Assembly (NCBI GenBank): GCA_030141605.1
Contig: JAQGDQ010000564.1
Coordinates: 62,001-126,000 of the forward strand
Length of the DNA: 64,000 nucleotides
Direction: 5' to 3'
From: Tubiluchus corallicola
Lineage: Eukaryota; Animalia; Priapulida
Shown here: piece after piece, positions 27,701 to 53,332 of the stretch
Layout: each line of letters starts with the position of its first letter
Position numbering within the stretch: position 1 is the stretch's first letter
Translations under genes and position numbers: made by a program
The notes under the pieces: model-generated
What the model was told of the DNA's origin: nothing
Database searches by the model: none
What the model saw: the letters and a program-made list of their open reading frames with translations, nothing else

Positions 27701-27886
27701 TGACTAGCTAACTAACTGGGTTTGTTTGATCATTTTAGGTCGTTTGACTACTGTACAGATTATCCAGATCAACCCAAGGAAACTTGTCTGCTGAGTGGTG
27801 TGAACCTAAAAGATGAACAAGCATCGACAGATTCTAATGATGGATGTGACCATTACTCAAGTTAGTGTTGTCAGTTTATGTTGTGC

Positions 27887-27932
<46 letters not shown>

Positions 27933-29418
27933 GTTGTGTTGTTGTTGCTGTTGTTGTTGTTGTTGTTGTTGTTGTTGCAGTTGTGTTGTTGTTGTTTTTG
28001 CTGTTGTTGTTGTTGCAGTTGTGTTGTTGTTGCTGTTGTTGTGTTGTTGTTGTTGTTGTTGCAGTTGTGTTGTTGTTGTTGCTGCTGTTGTTGCTGTTGT
28101 TGTTGCTGTTGTTGTTCTTGCTGTTGTTGCTGCTGTTGTTGCTGTTGTCGTATTCGGTCGTCGTAGCTGTTGTTGCTCTTGCCTCTGCTTCTGCTATTGT
28201 TGTGTTTATTGCTGTAATTATCATTTAACACAGTGAAATCTGCGATCGAGTATACAACAATAGAGTTTACTTAACCTTGATGTTTGTGGTAAGATCAAAA
28301 TCTACCTTTAACGAGATGAGTGGCTGAGGCAGTCTTTCTGGGAACCAATCCATTTTGTGACTAGGTATAACATTGCTTGACATAACAGCAGCCATTTTTT
28401 GGATTTCAGGGCAAGTTTATTTAGACGGTGCACCAGTGCTTTCTGATACGTATGAAGAATGTTTAGTTGAAGTAAAAGAAGAAGTTCATGGATTTTCTGG
28501 AGGTAACACAAATATCATATTAAGGTTGCGTAAGTCAGTTTTGCAAAATAACATGGTATGCTTCTGTTCAACATTTTAAAGAGTAGACTGTTTTCACCTA
28601 CAATTCAAGATTGGGTCCCCTAAAATTGCTTTAAAGGAACTTTTACTCTTGTTCCCGCAAAACTGTGAAGTCAATTTTAATTATGTGCCACAAATGGTAA
28701 CAAAACATAAGAATGCAATGAATTTTGCAAACGATGACTATCGTGCGTCGTGCGGTACGTGCAACAAAGAGCACCGCATGTCCGTATGTTAATAAAATCC
28801 CGTGGAATATCAATAGAGTACTTCGTCTTTGGATCTCCTTAAAATAAATTTAACAAGCATTTTCACAGTACGAGCAATTGATCATCATCGTGAAAAGGTC
28901 AAAGGTCAAGTGTACCAGCAACGCATTCATGTACAGGTGGCAACGCCTCGCATCCCAAGCTATTGTAATAGTAACAGTTTTAATAGCTAGCTAGAACCTT
29001 ACCTTGTTCATTTTTTCTTGTTTCCAAGCAAGAACCTGCTAGTAAATCACTCTATGCACAGACTAATGCATATTTAAGTAAAGACCACGTAAAAAACAAG
29101 TAAATTGACTGAACTGATGCGGCAGACGGCCTTGCTTTTCACACGTGTCACGTGACGGTTGTAGTTAAGACCCCTTACTGTAGTACACTTAAACTTTGTC
29201 TTGCAGCAACTGCGCGTGCGCACAACGACGTTTAAAAAATCAATAATTTCTTATTTGTTACAGGTGCAATGGCGGCCTTAGCTTTCTCCATGATGTTAGT
29301 AGGGGCCATTCTAGCAGCACTGATTATGTACGCTTTCAGGAGGCATCATGATTATGTGCGGGCTTCAAATTCAACGATCCGATTTGCCAACGACGAAGCT
29401 GTAATGAGCGAATCATGA
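7..29418 (+). CDS. Type I membrane protein with LolA/ependymin-like domains and 4 PAN/apple modules; 5'-partial, 21 exons, about 900 codons visible
   Basis: Phase-consistent GT-AG exons: 7-134, 1485-1575, 2171-2307, 3708-3830, 6605-6716, 9871-10040, 11043-11159, 13036-13143, 14388-14517, 15258-15373, 15537-15600, 17319-17558, 19016-19198, 19926-20008, 21172-21334, 21771-21890, 22916-23035, 25012-25147, 27739-27860, 28410-28502, 29264-29418. LolA/ependymin-like motifs recognised from memory: YKGRETVRGIEVDQW, YTGERTYRGIPVDVW, IHDFNTGLKYVIDKRRGNC. PAN-type Cys patterns: CADLCLENDCDIFGFC, CERYCATEEMFQCKGFNIC, CAEICFDMEDFDCRSFEHC, CAKACVEYSDDFECRSFDYC. TM segment GAMAALAFSMMLVGAILAALIMYAF followed by RR, a short tail, and TGA at 29416-29418. 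Confidence 0.85.
174..541 (+). mobile_element. MITE family A copy
   Basis: Shares gatgatgatcgtgaa..ggtcaaaggttaagtg ... caactgcgcgtgcgcacaacg with five other copies in the window. Confidence 0.8.
903..1438. mobile_element. TTAA-flanked MITE (Kolobok-like)
   Basis: TTAA|AGGAAAATCGGATGATTG ... CAATTGTTCGGTTTTCCT|TTAA. Confidence 0.7.
1580..2115. repeat. Mixed trinucleotide microsatellite (GTT/GCT/GAT/GGT)
   Basis: Direct inspection. Confidence 0.95.
2436..2980 (-). mobile_element. 5S rRNA-derived SINE (SINE3-type), apparently full length
   Basis: The reverse complement of 2861-2978 is a near-complete 5S rRNA (CTACGGCCAAATCACGTTGAAAACACCGGTTCTCG...GAAGTTAAGCAACG...TTAGTACTTGGATG...GGAATACCAGGAGCTGTAGGCTT). 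It is followed by a roughly 420-nt GC-rich body. Flanking direct repeat atgtttcatag(t/a)ca at 2422 and 2981. Confidence 0.85.
3100..3345 (+). mobile_element. Left end of a TTAA-type DNA transposon; second copy at about 6889-7090
   Basis: ttaaaggacaagaaaa ... gacgtcatatacgcacaacgtaa occurs at both loci. Confidence 0.6.
3895..4560. repeat. Pentanucleotide satellite (CTGTG/CTGCA/CTACA)n
   Basis: Direct inspection; the unit changes stepwise along the array. Confidence 0.95.
4763..6262 (-). repeat. 60-bp tandem array (about 24 units) with an open antisense acidic reading frame (EDPASEDDVAKLEADEDKIL)n
   Basis: Exact 60-nt periodicity from about 4790 to 6240 with no indels, giving a 499-aa ORF. 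Coding status is unproven. Confidence 0.85.
6773..6875. mobile_element. Small TTAA-flanked MITE
   Basis: TTAA|AGGTGCATTACTGCA ... TACAGTGCAGCT|TTAA with imperfect TIRs. Confidence 0.5.
7540..9732 (+). mobile_element. Degenerate RTE-like LINE 3' end containing an expanded 36-bp minisatellite (7876-9672, about 50 units)
   Basis: Peptide remnant GLRWI*HVIRLPDDNPLK. The repeat unit reads WEVVGDRAAWSK, matching the DRxxW C-terminal motif of RTE ORFs. (GAT)n tail at 9716-9730. Confidence 0.6.
10170..10513 (+). mobile_element. MITE family A copy
   Basis: Same internal sequence; ends in TIR-like aactgttaaaaggct. Confidence 0.8.
10560..11008 (+). mobile_element. Dispersed repeat family B (right end of a TTAA-type element); other copies at about 14640-15195 and 20590-21082
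   Basis: Shared blocks ctgtacctctcagtt, gtttgtgacg, taattaag..., tatgaaa...ctttaa in three introns, all in the same orientation. Confidence 0.7.
11510..12478. repeat. 46-bp tandem repeat, about 21 units
   Basis: Unit tgtagctatgtgcaaagcatgtgtggaatacagcagtaaatgttac. Confidence 0.95.
12641..12998 (+). mobile_element. Solo LTR family 1 (no matching TSD at this copy)
   Basis: TGTTGTG...CACAACA termini, internal TATATAA and AATAAA; homologous to 26066-26400. Confidence 0.75.
16190..17030. repeat. ~31-bp tandem repeat
   Basis: Unit approximately ttataatgtcaacctcgttataacgcccctt. Confidence 0.9.
17660..17985. repeat. (GAT/GAC)n microsatellite
   Basis: Direct inspection. Confidence 0.95.
19371..19636 (-). 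mobile_element. MITE family A copy, internally deleted
   Basis: Reverse-complement match; ends aactgtgaaaaggct. Confidence 0.7.
19777..19915. repeat. (AAT)n microsatellite abutting a splice acceptor
   Basis: Direct inspection. Confidence 0.95.
21412..21672 (-). mobile_element. 5'-truncated copy of the same SINE with a (CAA)n tail
   Basis: Near-identical to 2439-2683 (ttggcatccttctgtctcggaagacaatggagtg...), preceded on the + strand by (TTG)n. Confidence 0.85.
22008..22700. repeat. 123-bp tandem repeat, about 5.5 units
   Basis: tgttgcacaccacaagcacttgcatc recurs at 22008, 22131, 22254 and onward. Confidence 0.9.
22705..22887 (-). mobile_element. MITE family A partial copy
   Basis: Reverse-complement match to the 5' half of the family. 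Confidence 0.7.
24690..24885. repeat. (GACA/GACT)n tetranucleotide repeat
   Basis: Direct inspection. Confidence 0.9.
25104..25905. repeat. ~45-bp tandem repeat starting inside exon 25012-25147 and spanning its donor
   Basis: Unit approximately ttttgacagcatgtatgtgctaaatcatgttggctacagctgaga. The first copies retain gaatgcag|gtatgt. Confidence 0.85.
26066..26400 (+). mobile_element. Solo LTR family 1 with TSD
   Basis: TATAT|TGTTGTG...CACAACA|TATAT; internal AATAAA. Confidence 0.8.
27880..28200. repeat. (GTT/GCT)n microsatellite
   Basis: Direct inspection. Confidence 0.95.
28855..29227 (+). mobile_element. MITE family A copy
   Basis: Same internal sequence; starts with TIR-like agcattttcacagt. 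Confidence 0.8.
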
Positions 29419-30519
29419 AGATGTAATTAAAAATTAGCTAATTAATGTGACTAACGAGAAAGCATATTATTATTACGTAATGGCGTATTCATGAAGCAAA
29501 TAGTAGAGTCATATCAACTTAAACTATTGTGTATATATTAGGCTAGCAGACACATGTATCTTTGAACAGTGGCGTAACTAGTGGGGGAGCAAGGGGAGCA
29601 AGCACTACCCCTTGAAACATTTTTCAAAATTGGCTCATTTTCTCAAGAAATATTTAGTTCACAACCATTGTTCATATATATTAGGCTAGAAGACTCATAT
29701 ATCTTTGATCAGTGGCGTAACTAGTGGGGGACCAAGGGGAGCAAGCACTACCCCTTGAAACATTTTTCAAAATTGGCGCGTTTTCTCAACAAATATTTAG
29801 TTCATTCACGCGATTGCTGAACGATCCTTTAATTGGTTGAAACTGATTGTTGTTTATTTATTTCACAACAACACAAATACACAATCAATACATTAAAAGA
29901 AACAAAAAGTTATCAATAATTCAATGAATAACAAACAGTAAGATACATAATAGGAAGCAAATTTTGGAAAAAATGATTTAAACTGTCTTTAGACGTAGGT
30001 GAACCAATGGTAAACAAAGATAGTGATATCACTACTTCCTCTAATACTGGTGTCTAAACAACGTTATGACAACCTAAACAGCACATTACATAAGTTATAT
30101 ATATATATATATATAATATATATATAAGTTACAAGTTTATTTATTTCCACTCTGCATCTAACAGTTATAATAAAAATACAGATAATTTCATAGAAGTAAA
30201 TATAAATATAAATGCAATATTATCCAGAAATTACAAAAGAGATTTTTATGCAGCATATACATTACATTACAGAATAATTTTGATGCATGCAGTTTGAGCC
30301 TAAAAGCATAGCTTGACAGGCCAAGTTGTACGTGGAAATCTTAAATAATAATATATACATAAAAGTGGGGGGGGGGAGTAGTGAATGAAAGATGAAATGG
30401 AGCGAGAACTAAGAAAAACTGTGATCATGTATATAAAGTGTTCAGTAACCTGTTGAGCATAGTCACGTTTTATTAAGATTACTGTGGAAAAAGAATGCAG
30501 GTGATTACCATTATCAAAC

Positions 30520-30760
30520 TGTGTTACTCTCAATACTTTTGAAATATTTCTTTTCTGACGGTTTTTTTAAAAGTTGAAAGGGAGTGACTACATTTTGAAT
30601 TGCGGCTTAGTCTATTCCAGAGGACTGGTCCCATATAGCTAATGAAATGTTTCGCGATATTTACAAATATACTAACTTGACTTTCAAAACACTGTGGGGT
30701 TGAAAGATAAACAAGAGAATTATCGCTGTTGTATGTTGCTTAGTAAATTCGTATACAGTT
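30520..30760 (-). mobile_element. CR1/L2-like LINE ORF2 C-terminal fragment
   Basis: Minus frame reads ISYMGPVLWNRLSRNSKCSHSLSTFKKTVRK. Confidence 0.45.
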
Positions 30761-30841
30761 TCACTTTGAGCGCATAACTAATTTAGATATACTCTATATG
30801 TTTAATGGTTTGCTATATATACAAATCGTAACTTCGATATA

Positions 30842-33800
30842 CAATGGACGAGGATAGATTGTGTGGGTTTAGCTTTGATCTCCATTGAAAGAAATTTGGC
30901 TACTGAGATGGATTATAATGAAGTTATAAATTACGTTGCTAGCAATGAAGCCTAGATGAAAGAGACGGTTGTAGTTCCTTTATGATACCCTTCCCACAAT
31001 GCATTCAGTTTGTTTTCATTTTACGTTTAAAATTAAAACGAATAAAACAACACATCATGTTTTAATTATGTTTTGAGATTTAAGAACTTATTGTAAAACT
31101 TTTTGTTGCGTTTTAGTTTTAAACACAAAATAACAATTATGAACTTCATTTAAAACTGTATCCTCCAAAGTGTTTTGATTTTAAACACAAAATTAAATCG
31201 TATAATCGATGCGTTAAAAATTGTTTGGTATGTGTCACGGCGCCCTTGTTTATGCACTTGCTCCCCCTAACTTTAGAACGGCTATGCCCCTGTCACAGTG
31301 TCTTTTATGTGCTTGCTCCCCCTAGCTTTAGAACCTGGCTATGCCCCTGTCACGGCGTCTTTTGTATGTGCTTACTCCCCCTAGCTTTAGAACCTGGCTA
31401 TGCCCCTGTCACGGCGTCTTTTGTATGTGCTTACTCCCCCTAGCTTTAGAACCTGGCTACGCCCCTGTCAAGGCGTCTTTTGTATGTGCTTGCTCCCCCT
31501 AGCTTTAGAACCTGGCTACGCCCCTGTCACAGTGTATTTTTTATGTGCTTGCTCCCCCTAGCTTTAGAACCTGGCTACGCCCCTGTCACAGTGCTTTTTT
31601 TATGTGCTTGCTCCCCCTAACTTTAGAACCTGGCTATGCCCCTGTCACAGCATCTTTTGTATGTGCTTACTCCCCCTAACTTTAGAACCTGGCTACGCCC
31701 CTGTCACGGCGTCTTTTGTATGTGCTTACTCCCCCTAGCTTTAGAACCTGGTTACGCCCCTGTCACGGCGTCTTTTGTATGTGCTTGCTCCCCCTAGCTT
31801 CAGAACCTGGCTACGCCCCTGTCACAGTGTCTTTTGTATGTGCTTGCTCCCTCTAACTTTAGAACCTGGCTATGCCCCTGTCACAGTGTCTTTTTATGTA
31901 CTCGCTCCCCCTAACTTTAGAACCTGGCTATGCCCCTGTCACAGCATCTTTTGTATGTGCTTACTCCCCCTAGCTTTAGAACCTGGCTATGCCCCTGTCA
32001 CAGCATCTTTTGTATGTGCTTACTCCCCCTAACTTTAGAACCTGGTTACGCCCCTGTCACGGCACCTTTTGTATGTGCTTACTCCCCCTAACTTTAGAAC
32101 CTGGCTACGCCCCTGTCACAGCATCTTTTGTATGTGCTTGCTCCCTCTAACTTTAGAACCTGGCTACGCCCCTGCCACAGCATCTTTTGTATGTGCTTGC
32201 TCCCTCTAACTTTAGAACCTGGTTACGCCCCTGTCACAGCATCTTTTGTATGTGCTTGCTCCCTCTAACTTTAGAACCTGGTTACGCCCCTGTCACGGCA
32301 CCTTTTGTATGTGCTTACTCCCCCTAACTTTAGAACCTGGCTACGCCCCTGTCACAGTGTCTTTTGTATGTGCTTGCTCCCCCTAACTTTAGAACCTGGC
32401 TACGCCCCTGTCACAGTGTCTTTTGTATGTGCTTGCTCCCCCTAACTTTAGAACCTGGCTACGCCCCTGTCACAGTGTCTTTGTATGTGCTTGCTCCCCC
32501 TAACTTTAGAACCTGACTACGACCCTGATGTACAGCGATTACTTACCTCTAAACTGGATTTTGTATCTGATAACACAGGTAATAACAAACTGAGAACATC
32601 ACTTCTATTTGAGCCAGCGTAAGCTAAACCTAACCTGCAACACAATGACACAAACTCATGTTATATAATAACAGAAAATATTTTTGTGTTCATTCATTTG
32701 TTATAGAGCCTTCAAATTATGTAGCACTCTACTGTTTGCCTGTATATATAGTAATGCTGCAGATTTAAACAAAATTCAGAAGATTATCGATTTTGCAGCC
32801 TGGAGCCATGTCGAACCGGTGCAAGACCACACATCTGACGTCATTATAAATTTGAAACTTTTATATGATAAAGAATTAGCTATTTTTGCAGAAGCTTGCT
32901 TGCTTCACAAAATGCAGGGATGAGAAAAAACTCTGAAACAGGTTGGGCGTTGAGGGGCCAAGCCCCCTTGGAGCCAGCAAGAAATTGCAATTTTGTGACC
33001 ATAGAGAGCCTCTAAGTGGACTTAAAATATCAGTTACCTTGTTTCATGCATAATTTAAAATACACAACTATCAAGGATACATGATACCTAATTGTCTGAA
33101 AAATGCCTAAGTACTGGCCGCTCCTATGCAAAAGTATAAAAACAGTCTGCAATTGACTCAAATAACTCCGCACAATTGATTCTATATTTTTATACATAGA
33201 GATCTACACGTGGTTACACTGATGTACGTGATGTAAACAAAGTGACGGCCTGCCAACTAGCGGTCAGCTTGTGAAATAACGTACTGGGTCCGTAAAAATT
33301 TTCTCAACGAATTTACGAAAATGGCACTACTGGTCTTCCAAAAACTCAGAATATTCTAATCCCTGAAAATATTAATCACTAAAAAAATCAACTTGCATCC
33401 ATAAAAAAGACGCCGTGACAGGGGCGTAGCCAGGTTCTAAAGCTAGGGGGAGTAAGCACATACAAAAGACGCCGTGACAGGGGCGTAGCCAGGTTCTAAA
33501 GTTAGGGGGAGTAAGCACATACAAAAGACGCTGTGACAGGGGCATAGCCAGGTTCTAAAGCTAGGGGGAGCAAGCACATAAAAAATACACTGTGACAGGG
33601 GCATAGACAGGTTCTAAAGCTAGGGGGAGCAAGCACATAAAAAATACACTGTGACAGGGGCATAGACAGGTTCTAAAGCTAGGGGGAGCAAGCACATACA
33701 AAAGACGCCGTCACACATGCTAAACAATTTTTAACGCACTTATTGTACATTTTAATTTTGTGTTTAAAATCAAAACATGAGGAAGACGCAGTTTTAAAGG

Positions 33801-34099
33801 AAGTACATAATAGTTATTTTGTATTTAAAATTAAAACAAAATTAAAAGTTTAGAGTAAGCTCTTAAATATCAAAACATGTTAAAAATGAGCATTATTTAA
33901 TTATTTTAATTTCAAACGTAAAATGAAAACAAAATGAATCATTGTGAAAAATGTATGACAAAGGAACTACAACAGTCTCTTTCATCTAGGCTTCATTCCA
34001 GCAAAATAATCTGTAACTTTATTATAATCCACCTCAGTAGCCAACTCTCTCTTTCAATGAAAAGCAAAGCTAACCCAGACAATCTATCCTAGTCCATTG
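30842..34099. repeat. Large imperfect inverted repeat with internal 59-bp tandem arrays (foldback-like)
   Basis: 30842-31240 is the diverged reverse complement of 33710-34099. About 22 units at 31235-32527 and about 5 inverted units at 33405-33715. Each unit contains cctggctacgcccctg. Confidence 0.85.
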
Positions 34100-34879
34100 C
34101 AGAACGAAGGTAGGACTTTATCTAATTCAGCTGACTAAAGGACCATTCAGCAACCCCACAAGTGAATTAAAAATTGTTGAAAAGGTGCCAATTTTGAAAA
34201 AAAACATGCTAGGGGGAGCTGTTGCTTATCATTTCTTTTTATGTCTTCTGGATGCTGTTTGGTACATTGTATTTTTGGTCGGATCAAGTCATAAACTAAC
34301 AGAAACGACTTTCGATCCCCAGGCTTGAGAAAGAAAGTTTATTTTGACAACATAATATATGCAAAGAAAACATAAAATAGTACCTCATATATCAGATTCA
34401 GACAAAGATCACAACAAACCACGGTAATTAGAGTCAGAAAAAATACACATTTCTACACAATTTTGCATTTTCATCATCATCATCATACGCCCGTCACGTC
34501 TATTGTAGACATTGGGCAGGCAGAATTCTAAAATAAAAGAAATCTGCCTTCAGACAGGTAAACGCAGCAGTAATCAGCAAAAAAACTAGACACTGCTACG
34601 CCAGTGGCTTGTCAGCACCACTTCCGAATTATTTGCATTTTCCACAACCTCAAGAGGGAACACAATGTGGGAAACCTTAAACCCTCCAAACAACACAGAG
34701 ATTCAGTAATTCACAAGGACCACTACAGGACCCAATGGAGCCCAGAGTCAAGTTAAGTCGTCAGAGTGCACCATAGTGCTACTGATCATAGTTGGGTACT
34801 GAGAATTGGCCGGTGCTTCATAATAATATTTAATATCCTGAGGTTCAGAATATCTCCTGCACTATGCAAGGTGTTACCA

Positions 34880-35720
34880 GTGCAGTAAAGGTTGTGACAT
34901 TTTACAATAGTTCAAAATTGGTTCTAGTACACTATAGGTTGTGACATTTTACAATAGTTCAAAATTGGTTCTAGTGCACTAAAGGTTGTGACATTTTACA
35001 ATAGTTCAAAATTGGTTCTAGTGCTCTATAGGTTGTGACATTTTACAATAGTTCAAAATTGGTTCTAGTGCACTAAAGGTTGTGACATTTTACAATAGTT
35101 CAAAATTGGTTCTAGTGCACTAAAGGTTGTGACATTTTACAATAGTTCAAAATTGGTTCTAGTGCACTATAGGTTGTGACATTTTACAATAGTTCAAAAT
35201 TGGTTCTAGTGCACTATAGGTTGTGACATTTTACAATAGTTCAAAATTGGTTCTAGTGCACTAAAGGTTGTGACATTTTACAATAGTTTGAAACTGGTTC
35301 TAGTGCACTAAATTTTGTGACATTTTACAATAGTTCAAAATTGGTTCTAGTGCACTAAAGGTTGTGACATTTTACAATAGTTCAAAATTGGTTCTAGTGC
35401 ACTAAAGGTTGTGACATTTTACAATAGTTCAAAATTGGTTCTAGTGCACTAAAGGTTGTGACATTTTACAATAGTTCAAAATTGGTTCTAGTGCACTATA
35501 GGTTGTGACATTTTACAATAGTTTGAAACTGGTACTAGTGCACTATAGGTTGTGACATTTTACAATAGTTCAAAATTGGTTCTAGTGCACTAAAGGTTGT
35601 GACATTTTACAATAGTTTGAAACTGGTACTAGTGCACTAAATTTTGTGACATTTTACAATAGTTCAAAATTGGTTCTAGTGCACTAAAGGTTGTGACATT
35701 TTACAGTAGTTCAAAACTGG
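34880..35720. repeat. 47-bp tandem repeat, about 17 units
   Basis: Unit tagtgcactaaaggttgtgacattttacaatagttcaaaattggttc. Confidence 0.95.
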
Positions 35721-35942
35721 CACTAACTACCAGTTTAGCAGAAATAAGGCAGTGACTTAGGGACATTTTCACAGAGAAAAGGGACTAAATGTTCAAATTG
35801 TTAGGAAATCATAGGAAATCGAAAGATGCCAGGTGGTCCAGAAAATCAATAACCGTAAAACAGCGCACATGTTTGTTGTCGATCTTGTATTCGAATTTGT
35901 TCATTTTATACGATTATTCAAAGTTTGCCTTGAATTCGTGCA

Positions 35943-36344
35943 TGTGAAAGTCATGTTTGAAGTTGTAGATCCCTCACTTTGTTATGACTGAGTTTAGGCA
36001 CAGAAGTATGAACAAGAATAAAAAATCTATAATACATATTTGCACTGCACACAACAGAAAAGTGTTTATTAAAACTACAGACACATGAGTAGCATGACTG
36101 CTGCACTGAACACTGAGTTAGAGTGACTAGAAAGCAAAACCAGTCAGTATATATAGGTATAGGTGACCTATGCAGACTTGCACAGGCTTCACAACAACCA
36201 TTACTTTAAAATAGGGAGAGGACCAGTGAATATGCATTCACTGGACCATACAATTATACTGGGGGTAAGTCAGCTGGTAGAATGTAACAGGAGTAGCCCA
36301 TAGATGGCAGCACCTAATTATAATGTACAATTCCAACTTCCACA
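35943..36344 (-). mobile_element. Solo LTR family 2 with 5-bp TSD
   Basis: GTGCA|TGTGAAAGT...ACTTCCACA|GTGCA; TATA-like and AATAAA motifs on the minus strand. Confidence 0.85.
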
Positions 36345-36412
36345 GTGCACTCTGGTGTGATATTTTACAAGAAATAAGTATCACTACTACCTGTATTATT
36401 TACTATGTTTAG

Positions 36413-51297
<14,885 letters not shown>

Positions 51298-51704
51298 ACT
51301 TTGTTTGTTTTCATCATTACGATGCCAAGGTGAAAGTTGTTTGTGAAAAGATCTCAAACAGGTTTCGCTTAACAGTTTCGTTCTCCACCAATTGTAAATT
51401 ATTTGCCGTTACCGTGTCTGTTAGGTGCAGCGGTAACGACAAAAAGTAAAACTGTCGTTCATGAAACAGTGTTACACTCGCATTGCTGCGTAAACTAAAA
51501 GAATATAAACGAGTTTAGTGCAGCTGTATTTAAACTTTTGTACATTTTTCATGTTCCATTATAATAAATGTTACATAGTGACAGTACCATTATGTTTATT
51601 GCTCAGTCTCTCTTGAAACTAGCATTTTGAAAAATATATTTGAACAGTCAGTACCTAGTATTTGCCTACAAAAAATGAATACTAACAATATTCAGTTCGT
51701 TTCA

Positions 51705-52595
51705 TTATTAAAGCTGTATTTTAAACAGACAATGCACGACAACAATAATAGAAAAGAATTATAGCTGTATTCTTGACCACAATACACGAGAACAATGATA
51801 GACAGAATTAAAAAGCTGTATTCTTGACAAACAAAGATAGAAAAGAATTAAAGCTGTATTTTTGACAGACAATACATAAAAACGATGATAAAAAAAGAAT
51901 TAATTCTTGACAGACAATACATAACAACAATGACAGGAAAGAATTAAAGCTGTATTCTTGACAGACAATACATGACAACAATGATAGGAAAGAATTAAAG
52001 CTGTATTCTTGACAGACAATACACGACAACAATGATAGAAAAGAATTAAAGCTGCATTCTTGACAGACAATGCATGACAACAATGATAGAAAAGAATTAA
52101 AGCTGTATTCTTGACAGACAATACATGACAACAATGATAGGAAAGAATTAAAGCTGTATTCTTGACAGACAATACACGACAACAATGATAGAAAAGAATT
52201 AAAGCTGCATTCTTGACAGACAATGCATGACAACAATGATAGAAAAGAATTAAAGCTGTATTCTTGACAGACAATACACGACAACAATGATAGAAAAGAA
52301 TTAAAGCTGTATTCTTGACAGACAATGCATGGCAACAATGATAGAAAAGAATTAAAGCTGTATTCTTGACAGACAATACATGACAACAATGATAGAAAAG
52401 AATTAAAGCTGTATTCTTGACAGACAATACATGACAACAATGATAGAAAAGAATTAAAGCTGTATTCTTGACAGACAATACATGACAACAATGATAGAAA
52501 AGAATTAAAGCTGTATTCTTGACAGACAATACATAACAATGATAGAAAAGAATTAAAGCTGTTTTTTGACAACAATACATGACAACAATGATAGA
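51705..52595. repeat. 51-bp tandem repeat running into an assembly gap
   Basis: Unit aaagctgtattcttgacagacaatacatgacaacaatgatagaaaagaatt. Confidence 0.95.
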
Positions 52596-53015
52596 NNNNN
52601 NNNNNNNNNNNNNNNNNNNNNNNNNNNNNNNNNNNNNNNNNNNNNNNNNNNNNNNNNNNNNNNNNNNNNNNNNNNNNNNNNNNNNNNNNNNNNNNNNNNN
52701 NNNNNNNNNNNNNNNNNNNNNNNNNNNNNNNNNNNNNNNNNNNNNNNNNNNNNNNNNNNNNNNNNNNNNNNNNNNNNNNNNNNNNNNNNNNNNNNNNNNN
52801 NNNNNNNNNNNNNNNNNNNNNNNNNNNNNNNNNNNNNNNNNNNNNNNNNNNNNNNNNNNNNNNNNNNNNNNNNNNNNNNNNNNNNNNNNNNNNNNNNNNN
52901 NNNNNNNNNNNNNNNNNNNNNNNNNNNNNNNNNNNNNNNNNNNNNNNNNNNNNNNNNNNNNNNNNNNNNNNNNNNNNNNNNNNNNNNNNNNNNNNNNNNN
53001 NNNNNNNNNNNNNNN
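52596..53015. other. Assembly gap (420 N)
   Basis: Run of n. Confidence 1.
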
Positions 53016-53332
53016 ATACTTCTATAAATCATAAACCTTAAGCTCTTTATATTAATAAGGTTTAATGAGGCTTTATATTAATAAGGAGACAACATGATGT
53101 ATAGGATACCTACACACTATTACTATAACTTAAAAAACATTTACCGGTACAACATTTAATAAGTCTATAAAACAGCTTTGTGGTTCACATGATAATGTTT
53201 TGAACACCAGAGGTCGCTATTCTATGGTTGATAAATATCTCCACTAACAAATCAACATGTTTCAGCAACGCAACATTGAATTTCCAAGAGCCAGAATAGT
53301 TTTGTGAATCTTTTCTCGAAGAAAATGTGTTA

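Noticed and set aside
31235-35720. CRISPR-like arrays
   Set aside because: Units repeat head to tail without unique spacers, there are no cas genes, and the context is eukaryotic.
52553-53034. ORFs of X residues
   Set aside because: Artefacts of the N gap.
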